Shown here: positions 1 through 10,077 of the stretch, piece after piece
How the letters are laid out: each line of letters begins with the position of its first letter
Position numbering within the stretch: the stretch's first letter is position 1
Assembly: GCA_963665125.2 (NCBI GenBank)
Contig: CAXXUK010000002.1
Span: 384,001-448,000 of the forward strand
DNA: 64,000 bases
Reading direction: 5' to 3'
Source of the DNA: an uncultured Desulfarculus sp.
Lineage (GTDB): Bacteria; Desulfobacterota; Desulfarculia; Desulfarculales; Desulfarculaceae
Translations under genes and position numbers: made by a program
Notes under the pieces: generated by a model
The model's input: the letters and a program-made list of their open reading frames with translations, nothing else
Told to the model about the DNA's origin: nothing
The model's database searches: none

Positions 1-263
1 AAGGTGAGTTCGATGCCTTGACCCACCACCCGCTGCATGACTGGCGGCGAGGTCTGGGCCAGGATAAGCAGGCCCTTGGGGGTGATGTCGTGGAGCATGC
101 TGGAACGCACATCGATCAGGTCGCTGACCAGATCGGTGCTCATGGCGATGTTTACCTCGCGGCCGGGGCGCAGTGCCGCTTTGAGCAGCTCCTTTTGGGG
201 ATCCTGCTTGGGCTTCGGTTCGGGCGGCGTCTTAGTGCCGTTTTTCTTACGTGTAAAGATCAC
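1..263 (-). CDS. Hypothetical protein, N-terminal part (runs off the window edge)
   Basis: Manual translation from GTG at 263: MIFTRKKNGTKTPPEPKPKQDPQKELLKAALRPGREVNIAMSTDLVSDLIDVRSSMLHDITPKGLLILAQTSPP...; frame open to position 1 with host-like codon usage. Not in the ORF track. Confidence 0.55.
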   Translation of the reverse strand, partial: MIFTRKKNGTKTPPEPKPKQDPQKELLKAALRPGREVNIAMSTDLVSDLIDVRSSMLHDITPKGLLILAQTSPPVMQRVVGQGIELT

Positions 264-365
264 GTCGGCAGTCTTAACTCGGCTCTACCACCTCTTGACA
301 GAGCCGCCAACAAGCCCCACTATATTGCGAAGTAAAAACCCGGATGCCATACAGGGGCTCAGATA

Positions 366-650
366 ATGAAATTTATTGTTAATCTGCTTTTGTTCGTAGA
401 CTATATCCTTACAATCTATATGTTTATAGTCGTTGCGGCCGCATTGATCACCTGGGTGCAGCCAAACCCTTATAATCCTATTGTAAGATTCCTTTTCCAG
501 GTTACGGAACCTGTTTATGCCCGGATCAGGAGATTCATCCCGACCAACTTCGGCGGCTTTGATGTCGCCCCCATGATTCTGATCTTTGCAATTATATTTA
601 TCCAGCGAGTCGGAATCACTAGTCTGATCCAGATGCTTAGCGGCAATTAG
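366..650 (+). CDS. yggT: YggT family membrane protein
   Basis: 94 aa hydrophobic protein with WVQPNPYNPIVRFL..VTEP...IRRFIP..GGFDVAP signature. Confidence 0.9.
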   Translation: MKFIVNLLLFVDYILTIYMFIVVAAALITWVQPNPYNPIVRFLFQVTEPVYARIRRFIPTNFGGFDVAPMILIFAIIFIQRVGITSLIQMLSGN

Positions 651-653
651 GGA

Positions 654-1115
654 CTAGCTGGAAAAACACACCTCCACCGCAAAGTCGCCGCTGTCTGTGC
701 TGAAGGGTATGGCTATCACCGGCCCTTTGGTCATATGTTTGATGGTGTGGCCCTTGCCGGTGATCACCGACGGAATCGCGGCCTTGAGCATTATGTTTTT
801 TTCCGACAGCTCGCGCCGCGCGTCACCGGAAATCATGTTGGTGATCTCGCCCACGGCGTCTTCGACCTCATGATTGACGCTGGTGATGGATTCGCCGAAC
901 ATGTTGCTGACGATGTTGCAGATGCATGATTCGGTGAATGAAACCGAGAGCGATCCTTCGGATTCACCCGTGATGCCGATTACCGCCGATACGTCGCCAG
1001 TGGCTTGGGTGTCCTTTTTGACAAACGGCTTGCCCGGTTTGACGTCCGTGAAAGCCATGGTCTTGATGACATTGACGGTGGCGGTAAGAAAAGGGTTAAT
1101 CAATTCGACGTTCAT
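654..1115 (-). CDS. cheX: Chemotaxis phosphatase CheX
   Basis: MNVELINPF start, DVSAVIGITG, DAVGEITNMISG (E-x2-N), PSVITG. Start trimmed to ATG at 1115. Confidence 0.9.
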   Translation of the reverse strand: MNVELINPFLTATVNVIKTMAFTDVKPGKPFVKKDTQATGDVSAVIGITGESEGSLSVSFTESCICNIVSNMFGESITSVNHEVEDAVGEITNMISGDARRELSEKNIMLKAAIPSVITGKGHTIKHMTKGPVIAIPFSTDSGDFAVEVCFSS

Positions 1116-1216
1116 CGGTATCATCCAAATAATTAAGCTTTTATGACCTGATGGTGGTTCAAAGAAACTATCATCTCCTCTCGATTTAACCATTTGCCAA
1201 GGTGTAGTGCAAGCCT

Positions 1217-1795
1217 TTGGAGAGATACAACGTGAATACGGACAATAAATGGAGTTTGGTTTCCGGCCAAAGCGTTTTCGACCACCCTGTGCTGAATGTG
1301 AAATATGACCTGTTCAGACGCGGAGACGGCAGGGAAAAGAATTTTGTGACCCTGGAAAGTCCGGACTGGGTCAATGTCGTGCCCATCACCGCCGACGGCC
1401 AGGTTGTGCTGATTCGCCAATACCGTTTCGGCGTCGACGATTACACCCTGGAGATCCCCGGAGGTTTGGTGGACCCCGGCGAGGAGCCCATCGCGGCCGG
1501 AGCCAGGGAACTGTTGGAAGAGACCGGCTATGCCTCGCCCGGCCTGGTGCCCATCGGCAAGGTGAGCCCCAATCCGGCGCTTTTCACCAATACATGCCAT
1601 ACATTTCTGGCCCCCGACGCCCGGCTCAACGGCAGGCAGCGTTTGGACGACGACGAAAATATCGAGGTGATAACCCGACCGGCCTCGGACCTGCCGGGCC
1701 TGGTGTCCTCGGGCGCCATCGACCATTGCCTGGTAGTGGCCGCATTGACCTTTTATTGGCTGCACCAGGGCAGCGTGGGCCTTGCCCCGGCCTGA
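1217..1795 (+). CDS. NUDIX hydrolase (ADP-ribose pyrophosphatase-like)
   Basis: Nudix box GGLVDPGEEPIAAGARELLEETGY plus RQYR motif; start uncertain. Confidence 0.9.
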   Translation: MERYNVNTDNKWSLVSGQSVFDHPVLNVKYDLFRRGDGREKNFVTLESPDWVNVVPITADGQVVLIRQYRFGVDDYTLEIPGGLVDPGEEPIAAGARELLEETGYASPGLVPIGKVSPNPALFTNTCHTFLAPDARLNGRQRLDDDENIEVITRPASDLPGLVSSGAIDHCLVVAALTFYWLHQGSVGLAPA

Positions 1796-1848
1796 CAATT
1801 GGGGGTATTGTGTGCTAGCCCGCCACGGGCGCTGGAAAGGATGCGTTA

Positions 1849-3249
1849 ATGGTTGACCAGAGCCTTTTGGCCCGCCTGCCCAAGGTGGACCAGCTTATGA
1901 ACCGGGATGATCTGCTGGAGTTGATCTCCTGCGTGCCCCGGCAGTTGGTGTTAAAGGCAGTGCGCCAGGCAATAGATGAATTGCGCCAGGCCATTATGGA
2001 AGGGGTGGAATTGCCCTTGGCCCGGCTTTCCGACCAGGCCGTGGCCCTGCGCGCCGCCGAACTGGCCCGGCAACTGGCCCAACCCAGTCTGCGCTCGCTG
2101 GTAAACGCCACCGGCGTGGTGGTGCACACCAATCTGGGCCGCTCGCTGCTGCCCGAGGCCGCGCTGAAACGCCTGATCGATCTGAACCGGACGTACACGA
2201 ACCTGGAATACAACCTGGAAAAGGGCGCCCGGGGCAGCCGCTACGACCACGTGGCCGAGATTCTCCAGGAAATCACCGGCGCCGAGGCCGCCCTGGTGGT
2301 CAACAACAACGCCGCCGCGGTGTTTTTGGCCCTGCAAACCCTGGCCCAGGGCCGGGAGGTCATCGTCAGCCGGGGCCAATTGGTGGAGATCGGCGGCAGC
2401 TTCCGCATCCCCGAGGTCATGGCCCGTAGCGGGGCCATCCTGCACGAGGTGGGCTCCACCAACAAGACCCACCTGCATGACTATGAAAACGCCATCAACG
2501 ATCAAACGGCAATGCTTTTAAAGGTCCACACCTCAAACTTCGCCGTGGTCGGTTTCCACTCCGCGGTGCCCATACCCGAACTGGCCGAATTGGGCAAAAA
2601 ATACGGCCTGCCGGTGATGGACGACCTGGGCTCGGGCTGCTTCATGGATCTGAGCATATTCGGGCTGCCCAAGGAGCCCACCGCCCAGGAGGCCCTGCAC
2701 CAGGGGGCCGATCTGGTCACTTTCAGCGGCGACAAGCTGCTGGGCGGGCCCCAGGCCGGAATCATCCTGGGCCGGGCTGACCTGGTGGAGCGGCTGCGCA
2801 AAAACGCCATGAACCGGGCCCTGCGCATCGATAAATTGACCCTGGCCGCCCTGGAGGCCACCCTGGAGCTTTACCGCGACTCGGCAAAGGCCATCCAACA
2901 GATACCCACCCTGCACATGCTTTCGCTGGGCTACAAGACCTTGGCTGGCCGGGCCGCGCGGCTGGCCGGACAGCTTAACGGCATGGGGCTCGAACGCCTT
3001 AAAGTGACCACTCGAAGAGGCATCAGCAAGGTGGGCGGCGGGGCGTTGCCCTTGGCCGAACCGGCCACGCGGCTGTTGGATATCAGTATCGACGGCCTCA
3101 GCCCCACGGCCCTGGAAGCGGCCCTGCGAAGCTGGAGCAAGCCGGTGATCTGCCGCCTGGAGGACGGACACCTGCTGATGGACGTGCGCACCCTGTTGCC
3201 CGGTGACGGCTCGGTGATTGCCGAGGCCCTGACTTTTTTGGCCAGTTGA
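1849..3249 (+). CDS. selA: L-seryl-tRNA(Sec) selenium transferase
   Basis: NATGVVVHTNLGR, VNNNAAA, SRGQLVEIGGSFRIP, DDLGSG, FSGDKLLGGPQAG (PLP lysine). Confidence 0.97.
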   Translation: MVDQSLLARLPKVDQLMNRDDLLELISCVPRQLVLKAVRQAIDELRQAIMEGVELPLARLSDQAVALRAAELARQLAQPSLRSLVNATGVVVHTNLGRSLLPEAALKRLIDLNRTYTNLEYNLEKGARGSRYDHVAEILQEITGAEAALVVNNNAAAVFLALQTLAQGREVIVSRGQLVEIGGSFRIPEVMARSGAILHEVGSTNKTHLHDYENAINDQTAMLLKVHTSNFAVVGFHSAVPIPELAELGKKYGLPVMDDLGSGCFMDLSIFGLPKEPTAQEALHQGADLVTFSGDKLLGGPQAGIILGRADLVERLRKNAMNRALRIDKLTLAALEATLELYRDSAKAIQQIPTLHMLSLGYKTLAGRAARLAGQLNGMGLERLKVTTRRGISKVGGGALPLAEPATRLLDISIDGLSPTALEAALRSWSKPVICRLEDGHLLMDVRTLLPGDGSVIAEALTFLAS

Positions 3250-3264
3250 ATCGGAGAATAGACT

Positions 3265-5784
3265 TTGGCTGCTCCCCTCCGGCCCGGACCGCAATTGGAC
3301 CAAACAACCCTTGAACGCTACGCCGAAACGCTCAAACCGCCGTTCCGGCGGGCCCTGGGAAGCGGCAGGGTCGATATTCTGCCTCCGCCCGAAGGCGCGG
3401 ACGCCGCCGATCCCTTGGCGGGAGCCGTGGCCCGGGGCCGGGCCCTGTTCGACGAGGCCGGAGGGCGGCTGCTGATTCCGCTTATCAGCAACGGGCGCTG
3501 CCTGGCCATCCTGGCCGTCCACGATGTAAAGGCCGACAGCCTGACCCCGGCGGTGGGGCCGTTTCTGGCCTCCCTGGTGGAGACGGCCCTGGAAAACGTG
3601 CGCCTGCGCCTGGCCGCCGACGTGGACCCGGTCAGCGGCCTGTTCAACGAAGCCGTCCTGGATCAAAACCTGACCACCGCCGTTAGCCGCCTGCAACCGG
3701 CGGCCCGCCGGGGCCGCCCGGCCATGGAGACCGGCCCGGTCCACCGCCTGGGCCTGGCCCTGGTGGAGATCGATACGCTATACGCCCTGCGGGAACGCCA
3801 CGGACGGGCCCTGGCCGACCAGGCCATGGCCTTGGTGGCTTCCCAATTGCAGCGCCAGATGCCCGAGGCCCTTTGCCTGGCCCGGCTGGGCGGCTCCTTG
3901 GCCGTGTGCTGGGAAGACAGTTCTGGCAATCCCCGCCGCACCGCCGCCGCCCTGCTCAAGGGCCTGGCCGATATAACCCTGCAAGCTCCCCAAGGTTCGC
4001 TGTGGCGGGTCAACCTGCTGATGGGCGCGGCCTTCATGGGGCCCGAGGACTGCCGGGGACTGGCCGCCGACGCCGCGGCCGTACTCAAGGCCAGGGCTCT
4101 GCGGGCCTTGGCGGCGGCCCGCCGGACCGGTCCCGGCCAGCTCACGGCCTATGCGGATATCGCCAGGGGCCTGGGCCGGGTGGTTCGCTCCCTGCCCCTG
4201 GGCCGGGTGCTGTTGAACATCGGCCGGGCCGACGGCGTGCTCATGGGCCAGCGCTTCCAGGCCACGGCCGAGGACGGCAGGGGCGTGGCCGAGGTCGTCG
4301 TGCTGGAAACAGCCGAGGACGAATCAACGGCCCTGGTGCAAACCGTGGCCGACCCGGCCCGTCCGCCCAGACCCGGCGACGGTTTGGTGATGTTGGACCC
4401 TGCTGCCGGAGCCGAGGCGGCCGAGGCCCAGGATGGCCCGGTGCGCGAGGTGGCCGTCGGCTCCCAGAGGTTCGAGGCGGCCGTGGACGAGGAGACCGGC
4501 CTGATCACCCGTCTTTCCCTGGCCCAGGTTTTGGACAAGCTCTGCGCCATGGACGAGCCCATGGCCGGGGTGCTGGTGCGCATCGAAGGCCTGGAGGGCC
4601 TGCGCCAGACCAGTGGTCGGGTTGGAGCCGAGGCCCTGATGGGCTCCCTGGCGGCGGAGGCGGCCAAGCTCTTTCCGCCCCAGGCCATATTGGGACGCCA
4701 CAGCCCGGACACCATGGCCGTATTTATCCCCGGCGCGGCGGCGGACGAGGCCGCCGAACTGGCGGCGGGCCTGTTGCAGACCATGGCCGGGCGCACCGAA
4801 CGGCCCGTGCGGGCCGGGGCAGCGGCTCATCCCTGTCCGGGCTGGCAGCCGGATCATGTCCTGGACAATGCGGCCAAGGCCCTGATCCATGCCGGATTCC
4901 TGGAGCCCTTCAACGCGGTGGCCTTTGACGCGGTGAGCCTCAACATCAGCGGTGACGTGTTGTTTGGCCAGGGCCTGATCAACGAGGCCGTGGCCGAATA
5001 TGAAAAGGCCCTACTGTTGAACGACGCCGAACCCAATGTGCATAATTCCCTGGGCGTGTGCTATGCCCAGATGGGCCAGATGGACCGGGCCATGAAACAC
5101 TTCAACCTGGCGGCCAAGGCCGCGCCGGATGATTTCATGGCCCACTTCAACATGGGCTGCGCCCTGGCCGCGGCGGGCCGGGACCAGGAAGCCGCCGACA
5201 GCCTGGTGCGCAGCCTGGAGTTGCAGCCGGACCACGGCGACAGCCTGTTGCAGCTTGGCCTGCTGGCCAAAGGCCGGGGCGATATCGCCGGGGCCTCCGA
5301 CTATTTGGGCCGGGCCGCCAAGTCCGGGGATTGCCGGGACGGGGTCCACCGCCATCTGGGCGAAGTGTTGCTGGCCCGGGGCCGTTTGGCCGAGGCCGAG
5401 GAGGCCTTCAACCTGGCCGTGAAGCACCAGCCCAGGGAGGCCGCCGGTCTGGCCGGTCTGGCCGGATTGTATCTGGAGCGGGGTGCCAACCTGGAAATCG
5501 CCCTGAGCCTGGCCCAGCGGGCCGCGGCCCTGGAGCCGGAACAGGCCAGGCATGTCCTGTTGGCCGCCGACATCCTGGAGGCCCAGGGCCGCCCGGCCGA
5601 GACGGCCGACCTGCTCAAGGACTTGGCCGAAGGCAAGCCCGATGACGCCTATATCCAGTTGCGCATCGGCAAGCTGCGCCTGATCCACGGCGATGCCGAC
5701 GCGGCCCGCCGCCACTTCACCAAGGCCCTGGAGCTGGACTCGGGCCTGGGCGAGGCCCGCCAGGCCCTGGCCGGTCTGGACTGA
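3265..5784 (+). CDS. Protein with two degenerate GGDEF-like domains and C-terminal TPR repeats
   Basis: DPVSGLFNE and DEETGLITR GGDEF-type openings; the active-site positions read RLGGSLAV and RHSPDTMA; multiple TPRs (HNSLGVCYAQMG, HFNMGCALAAAG). Confidence 0.7.
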   Translation: MAAPLRPGPQLDQTTLERYAETLKPPFRRALGSGRVDILPPPEGADAADPLAGAVARGRALFDEAGGRLLIPLISNGRCLAILAVHDVKADSLTPAVGPFLASLVETALENVRLRLAADVDPVSGLFNEAVLDQNLTTAVSRLQPAARRGRPAMETGPVHRLGLALVEIDTLYALRERHGRALADQAMALVASQLQRQMPEALCLARLGGSLAVCWEDSSGNPRRTAAALLKGLADITLQAPQGSLWRVNLLMGAAFMGPEDCRGLAADAAAVLKARALRALAAARRTGPGQLTAYADIARGLGRVVRSLPLGRVLLNIGRADGVLMGQRFQATAEDGRGVAEVVVLETAEDESTALVQTVADPARPPRPGDGLVMLDPAAGAEAAEAQDGPVREVAVGSQRFEAAVDEETGLITRLSLAQVLDKLCAMDEPMAGVLVRIEGLEGLRQTSGRVGAEALMGSLAAEAAKLFPPQAILGRHSPDTMAVFIPGAAADEAAELAAGLLQTMAGRTERPVRAGAAAHPCPGWQPDHVLDNAAKALIHAGFLEPFNAVAFDAVSLNISGDVLFGQGLINEAVAEYEKALLLNDAEPNVHNSLGVCYAQMGQMDRAMKHFNLAAKAAPDDFMAHFNMGCALAAAGRDQEAADSLVRSLELQPDHGDSLLQLGLLAKGRGDIAGASDYLGRAAKSGDCRDGVHRHLGEVLLARGRLAEAEEAFNLAVKHQPREAAGLAGLAGLYLERGANLEIALSLAQRAAALEPEQARHVLLAADILEAQGRPAETADLLKDLAEGKPDDAYIQLRIGKLRLIHGDADAARRHFTKALELDSGLGEARQALAGLD

Positions 5785-6485
5785 TGCCCGCCGCTTTCCA
5801 GCGCCTGCGCCTGGGAACCTGCGTGTGCTATCTGTTACCCGCCGACAACGGCTGGGTGCTTGTGGACGCGGGCAACCGGGGCCAGGTGAACAACTTTGCC
5901 CGCAAGCTGGGCCGCCTGGGGATCAACCCGGCCGACATCCGCCTCATCGTATTGACCCACACCCACTTTGATCATGTTGGCTCCCTGGCCGCGATCAAGG
6001 AGCTTTGCGGCTGTCCGGTGGCCGTGCATGCCGCCGAGGTCCAAAGGCTGGCCCAGGGCCGGGCCGACATCCCGCCGGGCAACCGGGCCTGGAGCAGGTT
6101 TCTGGTGAGCCGGGCCCATCTTCTGCAACCCCGCTGGCCCAGGTTCCGGGCCGTGGAGCCCGAGGTGATAATCAACGGCGATACGGATCTCGCGGACTGG
6201 GGCCTGGAGGCGAGGGTGATCCATACGCCGGGGCACACCTCCGGATCGCTTAGCGTGCTCACCCCGGACGGCGACGCCTTTGTGGGCGACCTCTGCGTTT
6301 ACCATCCGCCGTTCACCGGTCGCCATGTCCTGCCGCCCTTTGCCGAAGAAACGCCTATTATCCCGCAATCATGGCAAAAATTGCTTCAAGCCGGGGCCAG
6401 GGCCATCCATCCGGCCCATCTCCGGTCGTTTCCCGCCACGCGCCTGGCCAGGGAGGTCGGGCCGATAATGACCGAGCCTCATTGA
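5784..6485 (+). CDS. Metallo-beta-lactamase fold hydrolase
   Basis: LTHTHFDHVG, HTPGHTSGS, VGD, HPAH; TGATG overlap with the upstream gene. Confidence 0.9.
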   Translation: MPAAFQRLRLGTCVCYLLPADNGWVLVDAGNRGQVNNFARKLGRLGINPADIRLIVLTHTHFDHVGSLAAIKELCGCPVAVHAAEVQRLAQGRADIPPGNRAWSRFLVSRAHLLQPRWPRFRAVEPEVIINGDTDLADWGLEARVIHTPGHTSGSLSVLTPDGDAFVGDLCVYHPPFTGRHVLPPFAEETPIIPQSWQKLLQAGARAIHPAHLRSFPATRLAREVGPIMTEPH

Positions 6486-6509
6486 AAAACCAGCACACAT
6501 GTAAAGTCA

Positions 6510-6539
6510 ATTGACAAGACAATGAGCGCCCGGTACTTT
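6510..6539 (+). promoter_or_regulatory. Sigma70 promoter of the nad operon overlapped by a candidate NiaR operator
   Basis: TTGACA (6511-6516), 17 bp spacer, TACTTT (6534-6539). Imperfect palindrome ATTGAC-AA-GACAAT (6510-6523) resembles the NiaR core TGTC-AA-GACA. Confidence 0.6.
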
Positions 6540-6546
6540 TCCGAAC

Positions 6547-8121
6547 ATGGGCGAAAAATATTTCCAACAAACCATTGAAGTGGTTCACACCGGCGTAGCC
6601 GTTATCGGCGCGGGAGTGGCCGGGCTTTCGGCGGCCCTGGAGGCGGCCAAGCGCACCGACGTGGCCCTGTTGCACCGTGGCCGGGCCGAACAAAGCAACA
6701 CCCACCAGGCCCAGGGCGGCATCGCCGCCGCCGTGGAGCCGGGCGACACCCCGGAGCAGCACCTTGCCGACACTCTTGTGGCCGGGGCCGGGGCCTGCGT
6801 TGAGCGGGCCGTGGATGTGCTGGTCAGGGAAGGGCCGGAGCGGGTGGGGGAACTGGCGGCTCTGGGCTGCCCGTTCGACCGCAGGCCCGACGGGTCGTTC
6901 CGGGTGAGCCGGGAGGGGGCCCACAACCGGGCCAGGGTCATTCCGGCGGGCGGCGACAGCACGGGCCGGGCCGTGGCGCTTACCCTGCTGGCCCAACTGC
7001 CGGACCAAAAAAACATCAACGTGTTCGGTGGCATGCGGGTTTTGGAGTTCCTGGTCCGCAGGGGCCGTTGCGTGGGTCTGGTGGCCTGTGACGAGGCGGG
7101 CGCGCTCAAGGCCTTCATGGCCAGGGCGGTGGTCCTGGCCGGCGGCGGCTGCGGCAGACTCTACGCGCGCACCACCGGCGGGCCGTTCTGCGACGGCCAG
7201 AGCCTGGCCCTTGCCCAACGCGCCGGGGCTGCCCTTGCCGACATGGAGTTCGTGCAATTTCATCCCACGGCCCTGGACGCGCCGGGCGTGGACCCGCTGC
7301 CCCTGGTCTCCGAGGCGGTGCGCGGCCACGGCGCGGTGTTGGTGGACCAGAGCGGCCACCGCTTCATGCCCGCCATCCACCCCATGGCCGAACTGGCCCC
7401 CAGAGATGTGGTGGCCAGGGCAATATACGCCATACGCGTCAGCGGCCAAAGGGTATATCTGGACGCCACTGCCTTTGGCCGCGAGTTTGCCCGGCGCTTT
7501 CCCCAGGTCAACGGCCTGTGCCTGAAATACGGCATTGATCCGGCCACCGAGCCCGTTCCCGTAACTCCGGCGGCCCACTTCACCATGGGCGGCGTGGCCA
7601 GCGACCTGCACGGATGCACCAGCCTGCCGGGCCTGTTTGTCTGCGGCGAGGCGGCCCGCACCGGAGTGCACGGGGCCAACCGCCTGGCCAGCAATTCCCT
7701 GCTGGAGGGGCTGGTCTTCGGGCCCAGGGCGGGCAAGGCGGCCACCACCCGCCCGGCCCCCACGCCGGACGGCATCGGCCATTGGATGAGCCTGGACCAG
7801 TTGGCGGCCATGATGCCCAGGGGCGTTGAACCAGCGGACCTGTGGCCTTTGCCCGGCGAAGCCGGCGACCCGGCCATAGCCGAACTGCGCCGGGTGATGT
7901 GGCGGCACGCGGGCCTGGTGCGCAACGACACGGGCCTGGGCCTGGCCGCCTGGATCATCAAGGAGATGCGGGAACAGGCCGCCACCGGCCAGACCACACT
8001 GCTCAACATGCTGCAAACGGCCTCGGCCATCGTCCGGGCCGCCACGGCCCGCCGGGAAAGCATGGGCGCCCATTTCCGCGATGACGCGCCGGCGGCCGCC
8101 CCGGCGGCGGAGGCCCGTTGA
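6547..8121 (+). CDS. nadB: L-aspartate oxidase
   Basis: GAGVAG FAD motif, AQGGIAA, REGAH, MEFVQFHPT, ELAPRDVVAR, PAAHFTMGG, GVHGANRLASNSLLEGLVFG. Confidence 0.95.
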   Translation: MGEKYFQQTIEVVHTGVAVIGAGVAGLSAALEAAKRTDVALLHRGRAEQSNTHQAQGGIAAAVEPGDTPEQHLADTLVAGAGACVERAVDVLVREGPERVGELAALGCPFDRRPDGSFRVSREGAHNRARVIPAGGDSTGRAVALTLLAQLPDQKNINVFGGMRVLEFLVRRGRCVGLVACDEAGALKAFMARAVVLAGGGCGRLYARTTGGPFCDGQSLALAQRAGAALADMEFVQFHPTALDAPGVDPLPLVSEAVRGHGAVLVDQSGHRFMPAIHPMAELAPRDVVARAIYAIRVSGQRVYLDATAFGREFARRFPQVNGLCLKYGIDPATEPVPVTPAAHFTMGGVASDLHGCTSLPGLFVCGEAARTGVHGANRLASNSLLEGLVFGPRAGKAATTRPAPTPDGIGHWMSLDQLAAMMPRGVEPADLWPLPGEAGDPAIAELRRVMWRHAGLVRNDTGLGLAAWIIKEMREQAATGQTTLLNMLQTASAIVRAATARRESMGAHFRDDAPAAAPAAEAR

Positions 8122-8972
8122 TGGACAAGATGATTCTGCGCCGGGCCGTGCGCTGTTTTCTGGAGGAAGACATCGGCCGGGGCGACATTACCAGCCGTAC
8201 CGTCATACCCGCAGGGACCATGGCCACCGGCCAATTCGTCAGCAAGGCCCAAGGCGTATTGGCCGGGCTGCCGGCTGCCGAGGCCGTCTTCGCCGAGGTC
8301 GATCCGGCCGTTGAATTCAAACCATTACTTGCCGAAGGCGAGGCTCTCCAGCCGGGCGAGGTGTTCGCCCGGGTCAAGGGCCCGGCCCGGTCGCTGTTGG
8401 CCGGGGAGCGCCTGGCCCTGAACCTGTTGCAGCGGGCCAGCGGCGTGGCCACGGCCACTGCGACGGCGGTTCAGGCTGCGGCACCTTACGGCGCCAAGAT
8501 TCTCGACACCCGCAAGACCACTCCCGGCCTGCGCTTTTTGGAAAAATACGCCGTGCGCGTCGGCGGCGGGGTCAACCACCGCCAGGGCCTGGACGACGCG
8601 GTGTTGATCAAAGACAACCACATCGCCGTGGCCGGAGGCGTGGCCGAGGCCGTGGCCGCCGCCAAGGCCGGAGCAGGGCCCATGGTCCGCATCGAGGTGG
8701 AAGTCGACACCCTGGATCAACTGGCCCAGGCCCTGGAGGCCGGGGCCGAGGTGATCATGCTCGACAACATGACCCTGGAGCAGATGGCCCAGGCTGTAAA
8801 GCAAACGGCGGGCCGTGCCGTGCTGGAGGCCTCGGGCGGGTTGAGCCCCGCCGACGCCGCCAGGGTGGCCGCCACGGGGGTCGATTACATATCCATGGGT
8901 TGGCTGACCCACAGCGCGCCGCCTTTGGATCTAAGCCTGGACATAGAACAAATGACCGGTGAGGGAAATTAG
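8118..8972 (+). CDS. nadC: Nicotinate-nucleotide diphosphorylase (quinolinate phosphoribosyltransferase)
   Basis: EDIGRGDIT, ERLALN, DTRKTTPGLR, NHR, LIKDNH, IMLDN, EASGG. Confidence 0.97.
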   Translation: MMDKMILRRAVRCFLEEDIGRGDITSRTVIPAGTMATGQFVSKAQGVLAGLPAAEAVFAEVDPAVEFKPLLAEGEALQPGEVFARVKGPARSLLAGERLALNLLQRASGVATATATAVQAAAPYGAKILDTRKTTPGLRFLEKYAVRVGGGVNHRQGLDDAVLIKDNHIAVAGGVAEAVAAAKAGAGPMVRIEVEVDTLDQLAQALEAGAEVIMLDNMTLEQMAQAVKQTAGRAVLEASGGLSPADAARVAATGVDYISMGWLTHSAPPLDLSLDIEQMTGEGN

Positions 8973-10061
8973 ATGAGCACCAACGCAGCCGTGGTCAACG
9001 ATCCTGGTACCCAAGCAAACGCCCCCTTTGACGCCGAGACCCGGCGCAGGCTTTCCGAACTCCGGTCACAGCTTGGCGACGACCTGCTGATACTGGGCCA
9101 CCATTACATGAGCAGCGAGGCCATCCGCTGGGCCGACCTCACCGGCGATTCCCTGGCCCTGTCCCGCCTGGCCGCCCAGTCCACGGCGGAGAATATCGTT
9201 TTTCTGGGCGTGCATTTCATGGCCGAGACCGCCGATATCCTGACCACTGAGGACCGGAAGGTGCTTTCGCCCGATATCGGCGCAGGCTGCCTCATGGCCG
9301 AGATGGCCTCCATCGGCCAGGTGTTGCAGTGCTGGAATCACCTGGTCAAAAACAACGGCAAACAGACCATACCCATCACCTATGTCAATTCGTCTGCCAA
9401 GCTCAAGGCCTTCTGCGGCGAGCACGGCGGCGCGGTCTGTACCTCCTCCAACGCCGAAAAGGTCCTGGCCTGGGCCCTGGAGCAGGGCGGCCGGGCGCTG
9501 TTTTTCCCGGATATGCACCTGGGCCGCAACGCGGCGGCGGCCCTTGGCGTCACCGGCGACGAGGTCGCCCGCTGGGTGCGGGCCGAGAACCGGCTGCGGG
9601 GCGATATGAACAAGGCCAGGGTGATAGTCTGGGACGGTTTTTGCCCGGTCCATGTGGGCTTTACGGTCATGGATGCGGAGCGGGTCAGGGTTTCCAATCC
9701 GGGCATCAAGGTCGTCGTTCACCCCGAATGCCCCAGGGAAGTGGTCGAAGCCGCCGATGACAGCGGCTCCACCGAAAAGATCATCAAGCTCGTGGAACAG
9801 TCGCCTTCCGGCTCGGCCTGGGCCATTGGCACCGAGATCAATCTTGTCAAGCGTCTTGCGGGCAATCATCCTGATAAAGTAATAATCAGCCTTAATTCGA
9901 ACGTGCCACAATGCCCGGATATGGCTAAAATAAATGAAAGGGGGTTACTGACCGCCCTGCAAGGTATAGCGGAGGGACAGCCGAAGGGCGTGGTCAAGGT
10001 TGATCAACAAACGGCCCAATGGGCCCAAAAAGCGCTGGAGCGAATGTTTGCAGTTACATAA
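8973..10061 (+). CDS. nadA: Quinolinate synthase
   Basis: LGHHY, GDSL, GVHFMAETA, AGCLMA, YVNS, CTSSNA, CPVH, HPEC, GST, CPDM. Confidence 0.95.
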   Translation: MSTNAAVVNDPGTQANAPFDAETRRRLSELRSQLGDDLLILGHHYMSSEAIRWADLTGDSLALSRLAAQSTAENIVFLGVHFMAETADILTTEDRKVLSPDIGAGCLMAEMASIGQVLQCWNHLVKNNGKQTIPITYVNSSAKLKAFCGEHGGAVCTSSNAEKVLAWALEQGGRALFFPDMHLGRNAAAALGVTGDEVARWVRAENRLRGDMNKARVIVWDGFCPVHVGFTVMDAERVRVSNPGIKVVVHPECPREVVEAADDSGSTEKIIKLVEQSPSGSAWAIGTEINLVKRLAGNHPDKVIISLNSNVPQCPDMAKINERGLLTALQGIAEGQPKGVVKVDQQTAQWAQKALERMFAVT

Positions 10062-10077
10062 TTATGCTCAATCACCG

